Notes under the pieces: model-generated
What the model was told of the DNA's origin: nothing
What the model saw: only the letters and a program-made list of their open reading frames with translations
Databases searched by the model: none
Assembly: GCF_001194135.2 (NCBI RefSeq)
Contig: NC_068991.1
Coordinates: forward strand, 13,272,466 to 13,335,173
From: Octopus bimaculoides
Taxonomy: Eukaryota
Length of the DNA: 62,708 nt
Direction of reading: 5' to 3'
Shown here: positions 10,082 to 22,698 of the stretch, piece after piece
Numbering within the stretch: position 1 is the stretch's first letter
Layout: every line of letters begins with the position of its first letter
Program-made: the position numbers and the translations under genes

Positions 10082-13000
10082 TATCTGTCTAGACCAGGGA
10101 TAGGGAACATGTGGCCTTAAGGCCGCATGGAGACTTCTGGCTCAACAAGTCTGGCCTTCTGCAGTCTTTGATGTTAATATATATTTTTAAGACCTTGATC
10201 TATTTTTTTTTTGTCTATAGTTTTCATACATAAATTTACAATGCACACACACACATAGATGAGAGGAAAAATGACTGTGTTCAGTGATGTCACTCCTAGA
10301 AATTGGAAGCATTTTCCTATGAACCTATTGAATATAAACTGAAAGCAACATGGCTATAAAGGCAACATTTCCTTGTCAGTCACGCCAGCCTAGTGGGAGT
10401 GAGTGACCTCACGCATGATCCATGTAGAGTTCCTGTTTCGTCTACCTCTTCATTGTGGTTTGTGCTAAGTACTACTCAGTTAATTGTAGTCGTGACTAAG
10501 TTCATAGTGACTTGTGAGATTGTAAGTCTGAGTTAGTTATAGCCTCATTTGAAAGCGTACATTCACCAGTGCAGGTGTTGTTTTGCAGACTTCCTTTTTT
10601 TATCACTGAGACTTAGTAACAATGATCGAATTCATTGCTACTCTGTTAGGCCTACTGCACACTGTTCCAGATAAAACAGGGTCATTGGCTGTGGTTCCCC
10701 TGAAATTCCTTGAAATGAAATGAGTGTCACCATATAAACACTGCCTCAGTGTTTCTACGGTAGAACCCGACCAGTGAGCTGGTGGATTGATTTCAGCAGT
10801 TGCCAAAAGGTGTTTGGGATAGTTGTTGTGCAAGTGTATACCTTTTCTGTTGTACCATGCATTGCTATCTAGACAGGAATAACTGACCATAACGTTATGT
10901 ATATTAAACAACTTATGGTATTTAAGCACTTGAGAATTAGTTCTAATGAAGGATAAAGATTTCCTTGCAATGCTTGCTGAGATGTCAAGATTGATTGAAC
11001 AAAGTTATATTCCTCTCCCTGACTCTCTTTAGAATGAAGGATGTTCCTTGTATATTAATTTCTCACAAATGTTTCGTTGTAACAGGGTGCTGTTATTTTG
11101 ATCGAGCACTGGGGACAATGCAATCGAGTTCCACTCCCTCCAAAACTACTGACATTGTGCCAAGAGTTTATTATTAGTTATTTTTTTTTATCTATGCACC
11201 CTCTTTAAAGTCTGGTACACGTTCGTGGTACAATGTAATATTTTTACAAGAACTTTTGCAGGTACAATGTATTACCATTTTATTTCTTGAAATTTTCAGT
11301 TAACGTAGTTTAATTCTTGTACGTACTTATATCTTACCATGGGGCCCCCTCAACTGCAGGGCTTAGCGACAGCTCTGCCTCTCATAGTACATGAATTTGT
11401 GCAGTTTTGTGAACTAAAAAGTCCGTCACTAGTTTGTGAGAACTTTACTGGTTTTGTAGTATGTTCACAACTTTTTCTTTCACAGACCTAGCTGATGCCT
11501 TTCCACCTGTCTATGGTTTTTAGCAGAGTCTGTAAGACTCAAAGGTGGTGAAAGTGGGAAGAGCCTAAAACTTATGGGTCAAAGTAGTATACAACAGTAT
11601 GGAGTTTATAAAAGGCCGGATGGGTAAACTGGGTAACAGGTCAAGCTTGTCGCATATTTTTTTAGCAAAGGCACAAATATTTTGTGAATGTAATCAACGC
11701 CGGTACTCTTTTTCATGAAACCCTGAAAGATAAAGGGTGAAGTTAACCATGAAGGTATGCACTTTACTCTTGCGTCAGATCCGAACTGGATTCCTAGGAT
11801 TCTAGAGCAGTTTGAACTTGTGACTACACGTTTAGTAGTCAAACAACTTACCTTCAAAGAAAGGAGCAAATAAAAAAAGTAACACACACGTCTTATTTAG
11901 GGTGAAGTCCTGACTGAGTTGTCTGCCATTCAGTATATTTTGACCACTTTTAGACCAGGTAGGACCCAGGTTTAATCTCAGAAAACATCTTTTCGTTGTA
12001 TATATGTATATGTGTGTGTTTGTCCCCCGAGCATTGCTTGACAACCGCTGCTGGTGTGTTTATGTCCCCCGTCACCTAGCAGTTCGGCAATAGAGACCGG
12101 TAGAATAAGTACTAGGCTTATAAAGAATAAGTCCCGGGGTCGATTTGCTCGACTAAAGGCGCTGCTCCAGCATGGCCGCAGTCAAATGACAAACGAGTAA
12201 AAGAGAATATGTTGATATTTATATGTATCGAATATACAAACATAAATAACAAGACAAAATACAATAAATAAAGTCAACACAACAAAAATTATAGTGTAAC
12301 AAACAATAAATTATTTCTCTTTGTCATATTACAAATTGCTTCCAATAAGATAAGTTTCCAATTCTTAAAGAAATTGTTGCTTTCGTCACCGTTGTACTAT
12401 TTTTTTAGTGGAATTTTCAGTTTTTTTTTTACACCCTGGTAATTTATATAAGTATATATATTTACTTTTTTTTTTTACATACTTGATAATTATTTCATCG
12501 CGTTAATGAAACACTCAATAACATACACACACAAATTTTGTAAACATGTATGTATGTAATATATTTATGTGTGTGTGTGTGGGGATAAGTCCATGTGCGT
12601 TTATTACAAAAAAAAAAAAAAAAAATCCCACAGAAGTTAGTGCTTACTTTTTGAAGTGGTGAATGAAACAAAACTGCCCCTGGACTGGTAGCTAGTCCAC
12701 TGCTTTTGACTTTCCCTCCAGTATACATTTAACCTTTGTGTATAATTGGTTAGCACTCGCTTCATTAATAATGGAGGTATGATAAGTACAGTCAACCCTG
12801 ATGAAAATGTGAACACAAAAAAGGAGAGAAATAGAAATAGCTAGCTAGGTAGAAAGAAAAAAAAAAATTAAATATTTAATAGACTTTTTAATTTCTACTA
12901 CTCCATCACCTTCAAACACGTTAAAAAAAAACCGTAACCCACTCACAATATGACTCAGCANNNNNNNNNNNNNNNNNNNNNNNNNNNNNNNNNNNNNNNN

Positions 13001-14627
13001 NNNNNNNNNNNNNNNNNNNNNNNNNNNNNNNNNNNNNNNNNNNNNNNNNNNNNNNNNNNNNNNNNNNNNNNNNNNNNNNNNNNNNNNNNNNNNNNNNNNN
13101 NNNNNNNNNNNNNNNNNNNNNNNNNNNNNNNNNNNNNNNNNNNNNNNNNNNNNNNNNNNNNNNNNNNNNNNNNNNNNNNNNNNNNNNNNNNNNNNNNNNN
13201 NNNNNNNNNNNNNNNNNNNNCAAGGACACAAATGTATGTACAATAAAATATAAATTAACTCATTCTAAAAACTGAAACCCTCACAGGATGTGAAGCAATT
13301 GCTTTTCTTTCTTACTTTCTTTTACTTCCCCCACACTGTTTCTTTTCGAGGAACAATTATCATCAATTAGAAGAAGACACACACACACACAAAAAAAAAA
13401 AAAATGTAACATTGCTACTTGCCAGATGAGGAAGGGGTTGGCAGGACAAAGGAGAAAACAGAAAGAGAATTTCCTAGAATGGCTTTGATTGGTCATCAGT
13501 CTGACATTCCACCCTCATGGAGACCGTTTCCTTAGGAGAGATTAGAAATAACAATGAAAGTGTCATCCTTCTCTCTGACCCCTGGTCAAGGCTATGGGTC
13601 ACAATGGCCAGCTGTCTGTCCAACCTGAAACTTTTGTCAACTTGACCAGTTGTGATTTCAGACCTGTATCAGGCATGGGGTGATAAGTCTTTGACCATGT
13701 AAATATATTAGGAACTACACTGACCAATGTGTTCACTTTCATTTAAGATACTGTGGGTGTGATTTGGTTGCTATTACTAGCAGACTAAGTGACTGCATAG
13801 AATGTCCCTCTGATGACTTGCAGACACCAGTGTAAATAGCAGAATGGACCAAGTGATAGGAGGACCCTGCAGAAGAAGCAGACTAAGCAAGATCTGGGAA
13901 GGAATGGTAAAGGCTGATCTGAAGATAAAAATGACAAAGGACTGCAAAATATTGCGACTCACTGTGCTGGATAGAAATCCCCGCCATTGTTTTATGTCTG
14001 TTTTTTTTTTTATGCTTGCATAGATGAAGATGATGATAATATACACATAATTTTGGCTTACAAAATAATATTCAATTCATGTAGTAGCGTTTATATACTT
14101 ATTAAAAACCCCCAGAATTTTCACTACCATTACTTAGAATTTTGCACCACATGCATTTTTTTTTTCAGAATGATGTCATCCAAAACACCATATTTGGAAC
14201 AAAAGGAATAAGCACAGGTAACCGAATGAATCTTCAGCTGTTTTCTTGTAATTATATTATATACAGTTTTTTTTGTTTATTTTATAGTGAAAAAAAAAAC
14301 AAAAAAACTCTACTTAGTCATCACTTGTAAGATAGTATGGCTTGATAACATACACTATGTTTTTGCTAATTGCTTTGGTTGCTCATTAAATCAAATCTCA
14401 GCTATCTCAACAGAGAGAGGGCTGTACCAGCACCTGGTTGGTACGCAATATAGCTGAAATAGAGAGGTACAATGTGAATCCATGGCTTGAATGCCTTAAC
14501 AAGGCCCATACCTTCACTATTTTGCGGTTCTAAAATATTAATGCTCAATACAAAGCTTTAGATAGGCAGTATGTAGAGCCGAGGATCAGAAACTTATTTG
14601 GTAATGGTCCACTTTTGGTCTATTTTG

Positions 14628-14776
14628 TAGTCATGGCCAAAACTTTGGGACATAGATCTGAAAATTAGAATTTTTATATTCAATCTCCAAAGTTATATTT
14701 GAATTTAATTGTACTTGGGCATAACAACTTGAATTAAAAAAAAAAAAAAAACGTTCCAAACTTTTGGTCATGACTG
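14628..14776. mobile_element. Tc1-like MITE (~150 bp)
   Basis: Imperfect TIRs tagtcatggccaaaactttggga / ttccaaacttttggtcatgactg; TA on the right flank, TG on the left. Confidence 0.7.
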
Positions 14777-16275
14777 TATTTCTATCCAGGGTCCACATAT
14801 ATATCTTCCATATCTAAATATTCTCCATCTATTCCTCTATTTTCCACCAATGAAAATGCTTATGTAAGTAAAAATTAAACCAAATCTGACACAAAAGACC
14901 TCAATTACTCAATGGTCACCAAATACTTTAAATCTGAAAAGGTCCAAAGCTCATACAGAACATCTCAATGGCCCACCTATAGTTGACCTACAGTGCAGAG
15001 TCCAATATATACATACATATATATATACGTGTAGTACAATTCTTTCTGAATTTTCAGATTTTTTTTTTTTATGCTCGGCCACTTCGTTTTAAATTGAATT
15101 AATATTCAATTTATCACCCTATCTATCTCTCTATATATATATATATATATATATCATAATTCTAATAACTTTAGTGGGATGTCCAAAAACTCAATGAAAC
15201 ACTACCTAATCCATTTTACAATTGTGTGTCTTATTCTTTTCTTGTGTGGTGTTTTATAATTGGCAGTGGCCATGCTAGGGCATTGCGATCTAGCATACAG
15301 CTGATTATATTAGCTTCCTGTACTTATCTCACAAGATGTTTCATCTGATGCTCTACCAATTCTGCCATACATTCCCCCATGAATGGTTTAACTTTTTAGC
15401 ATTTAACCAGCCAGCCAGCCATATCCGGCCTAAATATTCCGTTTTATACTTGGACTAGCCACATCTGGATACTAACACCTTCCCTATAATGAATGTTGCT
15501 GTAAAAATATACAATAACATCATTGAAATCTTGAAGCTATGAGACAAATGCATGATTACTTCAAAATAATGTGAACAATCTTTATATTTAACAGAAAAAT
15601 CTGACTGCTTAAGGGTTAACAAACATATTTTTCTAACTTGTGTTTGCAGCTCGACATATGGGTTAGTGGATGTATGAGAGCTAAGAAGAAGGGGAAGAGA
15701 GAATACAACGCCCATCATCTTTTTACATCCGCTTTCTATGCTGGCAAAGGATGGGTTTCACAGTTCAAGTGAGTTCTTATTGAGAGCTACTTCTCATCTT
15801 AAGGCTTATAAACCATTTATCTGATATTAATAGAACAAAGAAGAGGTGGGTTAAGTAAAATAAACAAATGGGGGAAGGGGGTATATTTGTGGCCTAAAAA
15901 CTGTGTGTATGTGTGTAGTCATGGCTAACAAAAGAAAAAGAGATTTAAGAATTAAAAGAGAGAGGGAGAGAGAGAGAGTTTAAATCACTTAACAAACGCT
16001 AAGTTAGTTAGTTCAAACCAATTCTGGTGCATCATCATCTATGAAAATTTGACAGAATGAATAAATGGAGAAAAGAAAATGGGAACACCCACACTTGCCC
16101 TTTCTTGTTATTATTATTATGAACAATATTAAATGTGTCCTTAAAATATATATTTATTTTTAAACCTGAAAGAGAGCAAGAACACATGCCAACCAACATT
16201 ATACTGATGGTGATGATGATGACAATAAGCATCATCATCATCATTGCCACCATTGTCATTATTCTTGTCAACAGT

Positions 16276-16281
16276 TTTATT
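16276..16281 (-). promoter_or_regulatory. Candidate proximal polyadenylation signal (AATAAA) for SOCS5
   Basis: First AATAAA I find on the minus strand downstream of the stop codon (~310 nt). Usage is unverified; AT-rich DNA yields many such hexamers. Confidence 0.3.
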
Positions 16282-16317
16282 TTATCATTTTCTTTTTTTT
16301 TTTTTTTAAATTCTGCT

Positions 16318-16523
16318 TCATCATCGTCATTTAACGTCCATTTTCCATTCTGGCATGGGTTGGACTGTTTTACTGAAAATTGGTAAAGTGGAGAGCTGGA
16401 CTAGGTTCCAATCTGATTTGGCACGATTTCTAATCACATTGGAACCTGGTGCAGCTCCCCAGCTTTCAGTCAAACCATCCAACCCATCCAGCATGGAAAA
16501 CACATGTTAAATGACGATGATGA
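16318..16523. repeat. Inverted pair of SINE family C 3' tails forming a foldback in the SOCS 3' UTR
   Basis: 16318-16418 and 16432-16523 are reverse complements with scattered mismatches and one indel. Confidence 0.85.
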
Positions 16524-16591
16524 TGATGATGATAATGTAAAAAAAAAGGGGGGGGGCAGGGGGATTGTGTCTGTTTAAAATGTCTGGTCTA

Positions 16592-18115
16592 TTAGAAATG
16601 CTTTTCAGTAACCTTCATTTTGTAATGATAATACTTGAGGAAGTCTTTTAGGGCTAGTGGGAGGGGAAGCTCCGACACTTTGTCGTAAGTGATAAAGCTA
16701 CAGATGGCAGCTCTGCACAGATGCTGCAGGGAGAATGGATAAGTCCTGGTGAGGGGTCGAGTAAGCATTGGTTCAAAGAACATGCAACAGCTGGGGTCTT
16801 TGTAATGTTCGATCAGGCGGCAGACGGTACTGGCTGCAAAGACACCCGGGTCATGGCAGTCGAAACTGAACTTGTGGTTGCACTGCTCGATGCGTGCGTG
16901 AAGGGACCTTCCGTAACGTCGAAAACTGACAGAGAAAAGAAAGTCCTCCTGCGCACTGTCTCGCAACAGAAATGTTCCTTCGGCTTTGTTGTCAAGCAGG
17001 TTCTCTGCTTCGTACCGATCCATGACCCCCCAGTAAAAACTGCAGTTTGCAATCTGCTGCAGGTCAGGCACTAGACAGTGAGTGTATTCGACCCGACTGT
17101 GAATACGCTGATAGGTGTCGCTGTTGGGGGCTTCGTGCGGTGGGTAATCCTGAATGGGTGCATCATTGAAGTCGTCGTCGTTGAAATAATCTAGAGAGAA
17201 CTGGCTGTGACTCCCAGGGTTAGCCTGTAGCGAACAGCTCTGCTGGAACGACGAGCAGAGTTGGTCGTTAGATGCCAATGTGGAAACAGACCGAAAATTG
17301 CGGCATGCACAAAATGTATTTCTGTCTACGTGGTTTCCAGCAACTCTGGAACCACCTTGTTGACCTTCCTGTTGCTGTTGCTGTTGTTGATGACAAGTTG
17401 TATTGATGTTATCAGTGGAACAGCCAACCGAACCCGAGGTGTTGTTGATGTTGTTTAAAGATCCAGCAAACTGCCTGGCTGACATTCGATGGTGCTGCTT
17501 GTCAACAGAACTAAATAAAGTCTTCTTTGAATGGTGTTTCCGATGATGGCGACTCTTCGGTAAACGCAAGACGTTGTTTGTGGAGATTTGGCAAGATGGA
17601 GTCAACAAGAAGTTGGAAGATGATGGTCGTTGTGAACAAGTGGCCAGTAGCAACTGGTGTTCACAACTGGAAAAGTTTGAACATCTGGAAGTTCCAACAC
17701 AGGGTTGTGAGTAACCCATGTACCGGGACTGCTTAGATTGTTTGTCTCGAAATTTGATTGACCAAGGTTTCTTGTGTTTGTTTTTTGGTGGCGATCCTGA
17801 ACACGAGCCTGAAGCAGCTTCCATGCCGACATTTGATTTGTATCCGCAATGTTGGCACGAAGAGGGGCAATCTGTGTGTTTTTTGGTTTGTTCAATCTGT
17901 AGGGAGTCAGACAGGGCATGCTGCTTCAGCAAGATCGGTTCACTACTTATCTGCGAGGAGCCTGAAGTTAACGAAAGTGTAGCAGCTTGTCGCTCGTGGA
18001 GCTCGGCGATACTGACGAGAGACAGTTCACTGCCACAGCAGAAAAATGGACGAATGGGCGATCGATGGTGGACAGTACTTGATTTGTTCTTTCCAGCATG
18101 ATTAAATGTGGCCAT
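16592..18115 (-). CDS. SOCS5: Suppressor of cytokine signalling, SOCS4/5 (SOCS36E-like) subfamily: long low-complexity N-terminus, SH2 domain, C-terminal SOCS box; 507 aa from the first ATG
   Basis: The C-terminal ~170 aa ([69 protein letters not shown]...FEPML...[13 protein letters not shown]...[17 protein letters not shown]) match the SH2 and SOCS-box motifs I recall for SOCS4/5. First ATG is at 18115; the ORF ends in tandem stops TAA TAG (16594-16589). The frame stays open up to the acceptor at 18162, so an upstream coding exon is possible. SOCS4 vs SOCS5 cannot be separated; it is probably co-orthologous. Confidence 0.95.
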   Translation of the reverse strand: MATFNHAGKNKSSTVHHRSPIRPFFCCGSELSLVSIAELHERQAATLSLTSGSSQISSEPILLKQHALSDSLQIEQTKKHTDCPSSCQHCGYKSNVGMEAASGSCSGSPPKNKHKKPWSIKFRDKQSKQSRYMGYSQPCVGTSRCSNFSSCEHQLLLATCSQRPSSSNFLLTPSCQISTNNVLRLPKSRHHRKHHSKKTLFSSVDKQHHRMSARQFAGSLNNINNTSGSVGCSTDNINTTCHQQQQQQQEGQQGGSRVAGNHVDRNTFCACRNFRSVSTLASNDQLCSSFQQSCSLQANPGSHSQFSLDYFNDDDFNDAPIQDYPPHEAPNSDTYQRIHSRVEYTHCLVPDLQQIANCSFYWGVMDRYEAENLLDNKAEGTFLLRDSAQEDFLFSVSFRRYGRSLHARIEQCNHKFSFDCHDPGVFAASTVCRLIEHYKDPSCCMFFEPMLTRPLTRTYPFSLQHLCRAAICSFITYDKVSELPLPLALKDFLKYYHYKMKVTEKHF

Positions 18116-18162
18116 TGCCCCAGACTGCACACTGGATTGACTTTCACTGGAGGGACTGCTTC

Positions 18163-18188
18163 CTGCAACAAAATAAAAGAAAGAAAAA
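18163..18188 (-). promoter_or_regulatory. Splice acceptor (polypyrimidine tract + CAG) of the large SOCS coding exon
   Basis: Minus strand reads tttttctttcttttattttgttgcAG|gaagcagtcc; the exon starts at 18162 and the SOCS frame is open from there. Confidence 0.75.
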
Positions 18189-18870
18189 CGATTAATTTAG
18201 TTGAAAACAAATCAAAATGATTTAAAGTTAAAATGAATTAAACTCTTTATAAATACCATTTTTTGAGAGTTTTAAATGGCAAGATAAACTGCAGCCATTT
18301 CATGATGTAAAGTGGCTGGTGGTAAGAGGACTCTTCCAACCCATGCCAGCATGGAAAAGATAAATTATGATAGCGGTGGTGGTGGTGATGATAATTAACT
18401 GTATCCATAGAGCAGCAGATTCCAAAATTGGTAGACTATGCCAAGTTCTGTTCGTTCTGGAAAGGTTTCTGTGGTTCAATGCCCTTCCTAATGCCAGTAC
18501 ACTATATATATACATACAATATATATCTTTTACTTGTGTCAGTCATTAGATTTGCAGCTATGCTGTGGCACAGCCTTGAAGGGCCTGGTTGAACAAATCA
18601 GACATAGGCCTTTTTTTGTTTTTCTTTTTTAAATCTGGTACTTTTTCTGCCAGCCTCTTTTTTGCCAAACCACTAAGTTTCAGGGACAAAAACAAACACA
18701 CTCACACATGACAGGTTTCTTTTAGTTTCTGCAACCAAATCCAGTCACAGACTTTTGATTGACCCAGGGCTACAGCAGAAGACACCTGCCCAAGGTGTTG
18801 TGCAGTTGGACCGAACCCAGAACCAAGTGGTTGGAAACTAAACTTATCATACAGCCACATCTACACCCAC

Positions 18871-18907
<37 letters not shown>

Positions 18908-20170
18908 TCATCATCATTGTCGTTTAACGTCCGCTTTCCATGCTAGCATGGGTTGGACGATTTGACTGAGGACTGGTGAAACCAGATGGCTACACCAGGC
19001 TCCAATCTGATCTGGCAGAGTTTCTACATCTGGATGCCCTTCCTAACGCCAACCACTCCGAGAGTGTACTGGGTGCTTTTACGTGCCACCGGCACGAAGG
19101 CCAGTCAGGCGACATATATATNNNNNNNNNNNNNNNNNNNNNNNNNNNNNNNNNNNNNNNNNNNNNNNNNNNNNNNNNNNNNNNNNNNNNNNNNNNNNNN
19201 NNNNNNNNNNNNNNNNNNNNNNNNNNNNNNNNNNNNNNNNNNNNNNNNNNNNNNNNNNNNNNNNNNNNNNNNNNNNNNNNNNNNNNNNNNNNNNNNNNNN
19301 NNNNNNNNNNNNNNNNNNNNNNNNNNNNNNNNNNNNNNNNNNNNNNNNNNNNNNNNNNNNNNNNNNNNNNNNNNNNNNNNNNNNNNNNNNNNNNNNNNNN
19401 NNNNNNNNNNNNNNNNNNNNNNNNNNNNNNNNNNNNNNNNNNNNNNNNNNNNNNNNNNNNNNNNNNNNNNNNNNNNNNNNNNNNNNNNNNNNNNNNNNNN
19501 NNNNNNNNNNNNGAATTAATTAAATAAAAATGAAAAAAATAAACAAACATATTCGTCTACAATACACACTCTCAGCTGATGTATACAAACACCCAACACA
19601 CACAAGTGTGTGTGTGTGCATTTAACGCATTGACTCCTCCTCCTCTTATTTTTAATAAACCTATTCTACTGTACCAGTAATACAACCCTCCTACTTACCT
19701 CACCAACAATAACAAACACTGGCCTTGTATACATAATGCACATGTATACATACAGGCATACATATATACACACACGCAAACACATGTATATGCACACATT
19801 TGTATATTTGGTTCACATCTGGTTAGTGAGAGGATATGCAAGTAACATAACCATTCTCTTGACTGTAACCAATGTAATTCTCACTTCCATCACCAACCAG
19901 TACCACCAATTCTGTTCACAATCACATGCAATTTGCCATTATGTCACAACAATTTCACCCTTCACCCTTCACTCCAGAATCCATCTTCCATCCGAGCAAT
20001 TGCATTACAAAGCAAAAACCCCTTTGGTGCCAGCCCCTGGTTTTATGATTCAAACATTCTGCTTTAATGGGATCTAAATCGAAACCTTTCATCAGAATTT
20101 TGTATTAATTTTATGTTACCAGCTTAATAATACCAAAGTTATTTTACTAAATTCTTCATTAGGGGGTTAA

Positions 20171-20391
20171 CCCTTTAACACTTAAACTGGCCACATCCAG
20201 CCAAAACATTCCAACTGTTTTATGTTCAAACTGGCCAGATCTGGCCTCTCACACCAAACCTACAATATCATTCTAAAAATTAACAGTTACCTCATCAAAA
20301 TGTCTAAGCTACAAGATAATGCATGATTAATTTATAAAAAGTATGATTAAATAAGCATTACTTTTGATAGAATAATGTGAATGCTAGAGGG
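20171..20391. mobile_element. piggyBac-type MITE (family 1)
   Basis: TTAA on both flanks; CCCT...AGGG termini; homologous to 22492-22698 and 52474-52693. Confidence 0.85.
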
Positions 20392-21778
20392 TTAAAATTA
20401 ATTGAAACAAAGGCAGCATAATTCAAAATAATACAGGGTTCAGGAAATTTCTAATAAATCACATCAGCTACAGTACTTGACTGGTACACATTTTATCAAC
20501 CTCTGAAAGGATGAAAGGCAAAAATCAACTTTGGTGAAGCTTGAACTCAGAATGTAAATCGCCAGAAAAAGAATGTTACCAAGCATTTGTCTGATGTGCA
20601 AAGGATTCTGTCAGCTCACCACCTTAATAATAGTAAGAATTGTTACTGATTTAGATACAAGGTTGCGATGGGCTTATTCATACCACTAACTCTTGTAGTA
20701 AGCTGGTACATTATTTTATTAACCTTGGAAGCAATGCATGTCAAATTTGACCTTGGTACGATTTGAAACCAGAATGCAAAGAGTCAGAAGAAATATAGTG
20801 AGGTATTTTATCTGATACTCTAATGTTTGTGCCAATCCACCACACTTCAAATATAAAAATATAAGTAACACAACACAACACTGAGGGTGGTAACTCAGCA
20901 TGAATGGAATCTTATGACTCATGCTAAGAAAAAAACAACAACAACAACAAAGAACCCAGAAAACCTGTTTATATTTATAAATTTTTCTCTTCCTATCACT
21001 AATATTTGATGATCTAGAATTTATGCGTTCACACACACACACACACATAGCTAGATAGACAGACAGAGGTTTCTCTTCCTACTATCGCTAATTTATCTCA
21101 TAATCTGAAATAATCGTTATATATATATATGTGGGATTCTCTTCCTCACGTTGATTTGATAAACTGGAGAAATGTATTTCACATTTTATCATGAGTAATC
21201 AACAAGAGATCCCATACTACACAGCATCTAAACCTGCAAGAAATAGCAACCTAATCTCACTGACATTACATCATACCGTAAAGAAAAGAAGCATGTGACT
21301 AATGGCTTGCTCTATCAGAGTTGACCTGGAGGAAAATAATTACCCCACCACACGAAACTTCTGCTACAGTTTATTTAGAAACTTGTAGCAGAAATTGGGA
21401 AGAAAATGCCAAAAAGAAATATTTTTAAGAAAGACAGATACACACAGATAAATTATTGATTTCTTCCTCTGGCCCAAATCCACAGATTTTTGGGAAGGAA
21501 TAACAGATTTATTGACCCTTGAAAAAGACGATAAACAAATTTGATCTTGGCAGTATTTGAATACACAATTAATACATTATTAATAGCAGTACTTGTAGAA
21601 ACTCCAAGGTTATTTTGGGAACAATAAAGACTGTCGGAAGACGTTTGAAAACAATGAAATACATAATTTCTTTTGAAATTGACTTTATTCTAAACAGGCA
21701 GAAGTGAAGGTACAGTCTTAGAGAACATCTTTGAAAACTATATTCCTTTTTTATACATTTCTCACCTCTTCTACTTCA

Positions 21779-22180
21779 TTCATCATTTAACGTCCGCCTT
21801 CCATGCTAGCATGGGTTGGACGATTTGACTGAGGACTGGCGAACCAGATGGCTGCACCAGGCTCCAATCTGATCTGGCAGAGTTTCTACAGCTGGATGCC
21901 CTTCCTAACGCCAACCAATCTGAGAGTGTAGTGGGTGCTTTACGTGCCACCGGCACGAAGGCCAGTCAGGAGGTACTGGCAACAGTCATGCTCAAAATAG
22001 TGTATTTTACATGCCACCTGCACAGGAGCCAGTCCAGCGGCACTGGCAACAACCTCGCTTGAATGTTTTTTCACATGCCACCGGCACAAGTGGCAGTAAG
22101 GCAACGCTGGTAACGATCACGCTCAAATGGTGCTATTTATGTGCCACTGGCATGGAAGCCAGACAGCTGTTCTGGCAATA
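21779..22180 (-). mobile_element. SINE family C (ggaagggcatccagc core, (GAT)n tail, internal short tandem repeats)
   Basis: Further copies at 18905-19110(-), 36225-36420(+), 37061-37400(-), 47150-47345(+), 50500-50750(+), 57874-58032(+), 62563-62700(-). Confidence 0.85.
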
Positions 22181-22236
22181 TCTTGAAGAAGCTACCTATA
22201 ATTCTTCATGATTGAAATTACTGAAAATTTGGTTAA

Positions 22237-22458
22237 CCCTTTTAATATCAACCCACCTGAGATCGCACTTGGTTCTATAATACAAACAAACCTCTTTTAA
22301 AATGATCGAAGTTAAAATCTGCTATCATAATTTCATGCTGATTAATGTTACAAAATACCAGCGTAATAAGTGCAAAATTATCTTAATCAATTCTTCATTA
22401 TTTCAAAGACTATTAAAAACAGGCAGGTGTATTTCAATAGAAATATAATTACAAAGGT
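22237..22458. mobile_element. piggyBac-type MITE (second family, degenerate right end)
   Basis: TTAA|CCCTTT left end; right end aaaggtgttgaa is degenerate. Confidence 0.45.
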
Positions 22459-22491
22459 GTTGAAGAATAATGTATATTACAAACACATTAA

Positions 22492-22698
22492 CCCATAAGC
22501 ATTTAAACTGGCCATATCCAGATCAAATATCCTACCTGTTTTATGTTCAAAACTAGACACACATAACCTACAGTGTCATTCTAAAAATATACAATCACGT
22601 CATCAAAATTTCAAAGCTGTGAGATAATCTATGATCAATTCCACACAATATGAATAAATAAGCATTACATTTGACATTGTAATCTGAATGCTAAAAAG
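22492..22698. mobile_element. piggyBac-type MITE (family 1)
   Basis: TTAA flanks; aligns with 20171-20391. Confidence 0.8.

Noticed and set aside
10603-10929. 108-aa minus-strand ORF in non-repetitive-looking DNA (also 31041-31256, 38731-38925)
   Set aside because: No recognisable motif and no consistent splice signals; chance ORFs or very decayed TE.
13471-13479. STAT GAS-like sites TTCCTAGAA (13471) and TTCCCAGAA (39103) near a SOCS gene
   Set aside because: TTCNNNGAA is expected many times by chance in this much AT-rich DNA; I see no clustering at a defined promoter.
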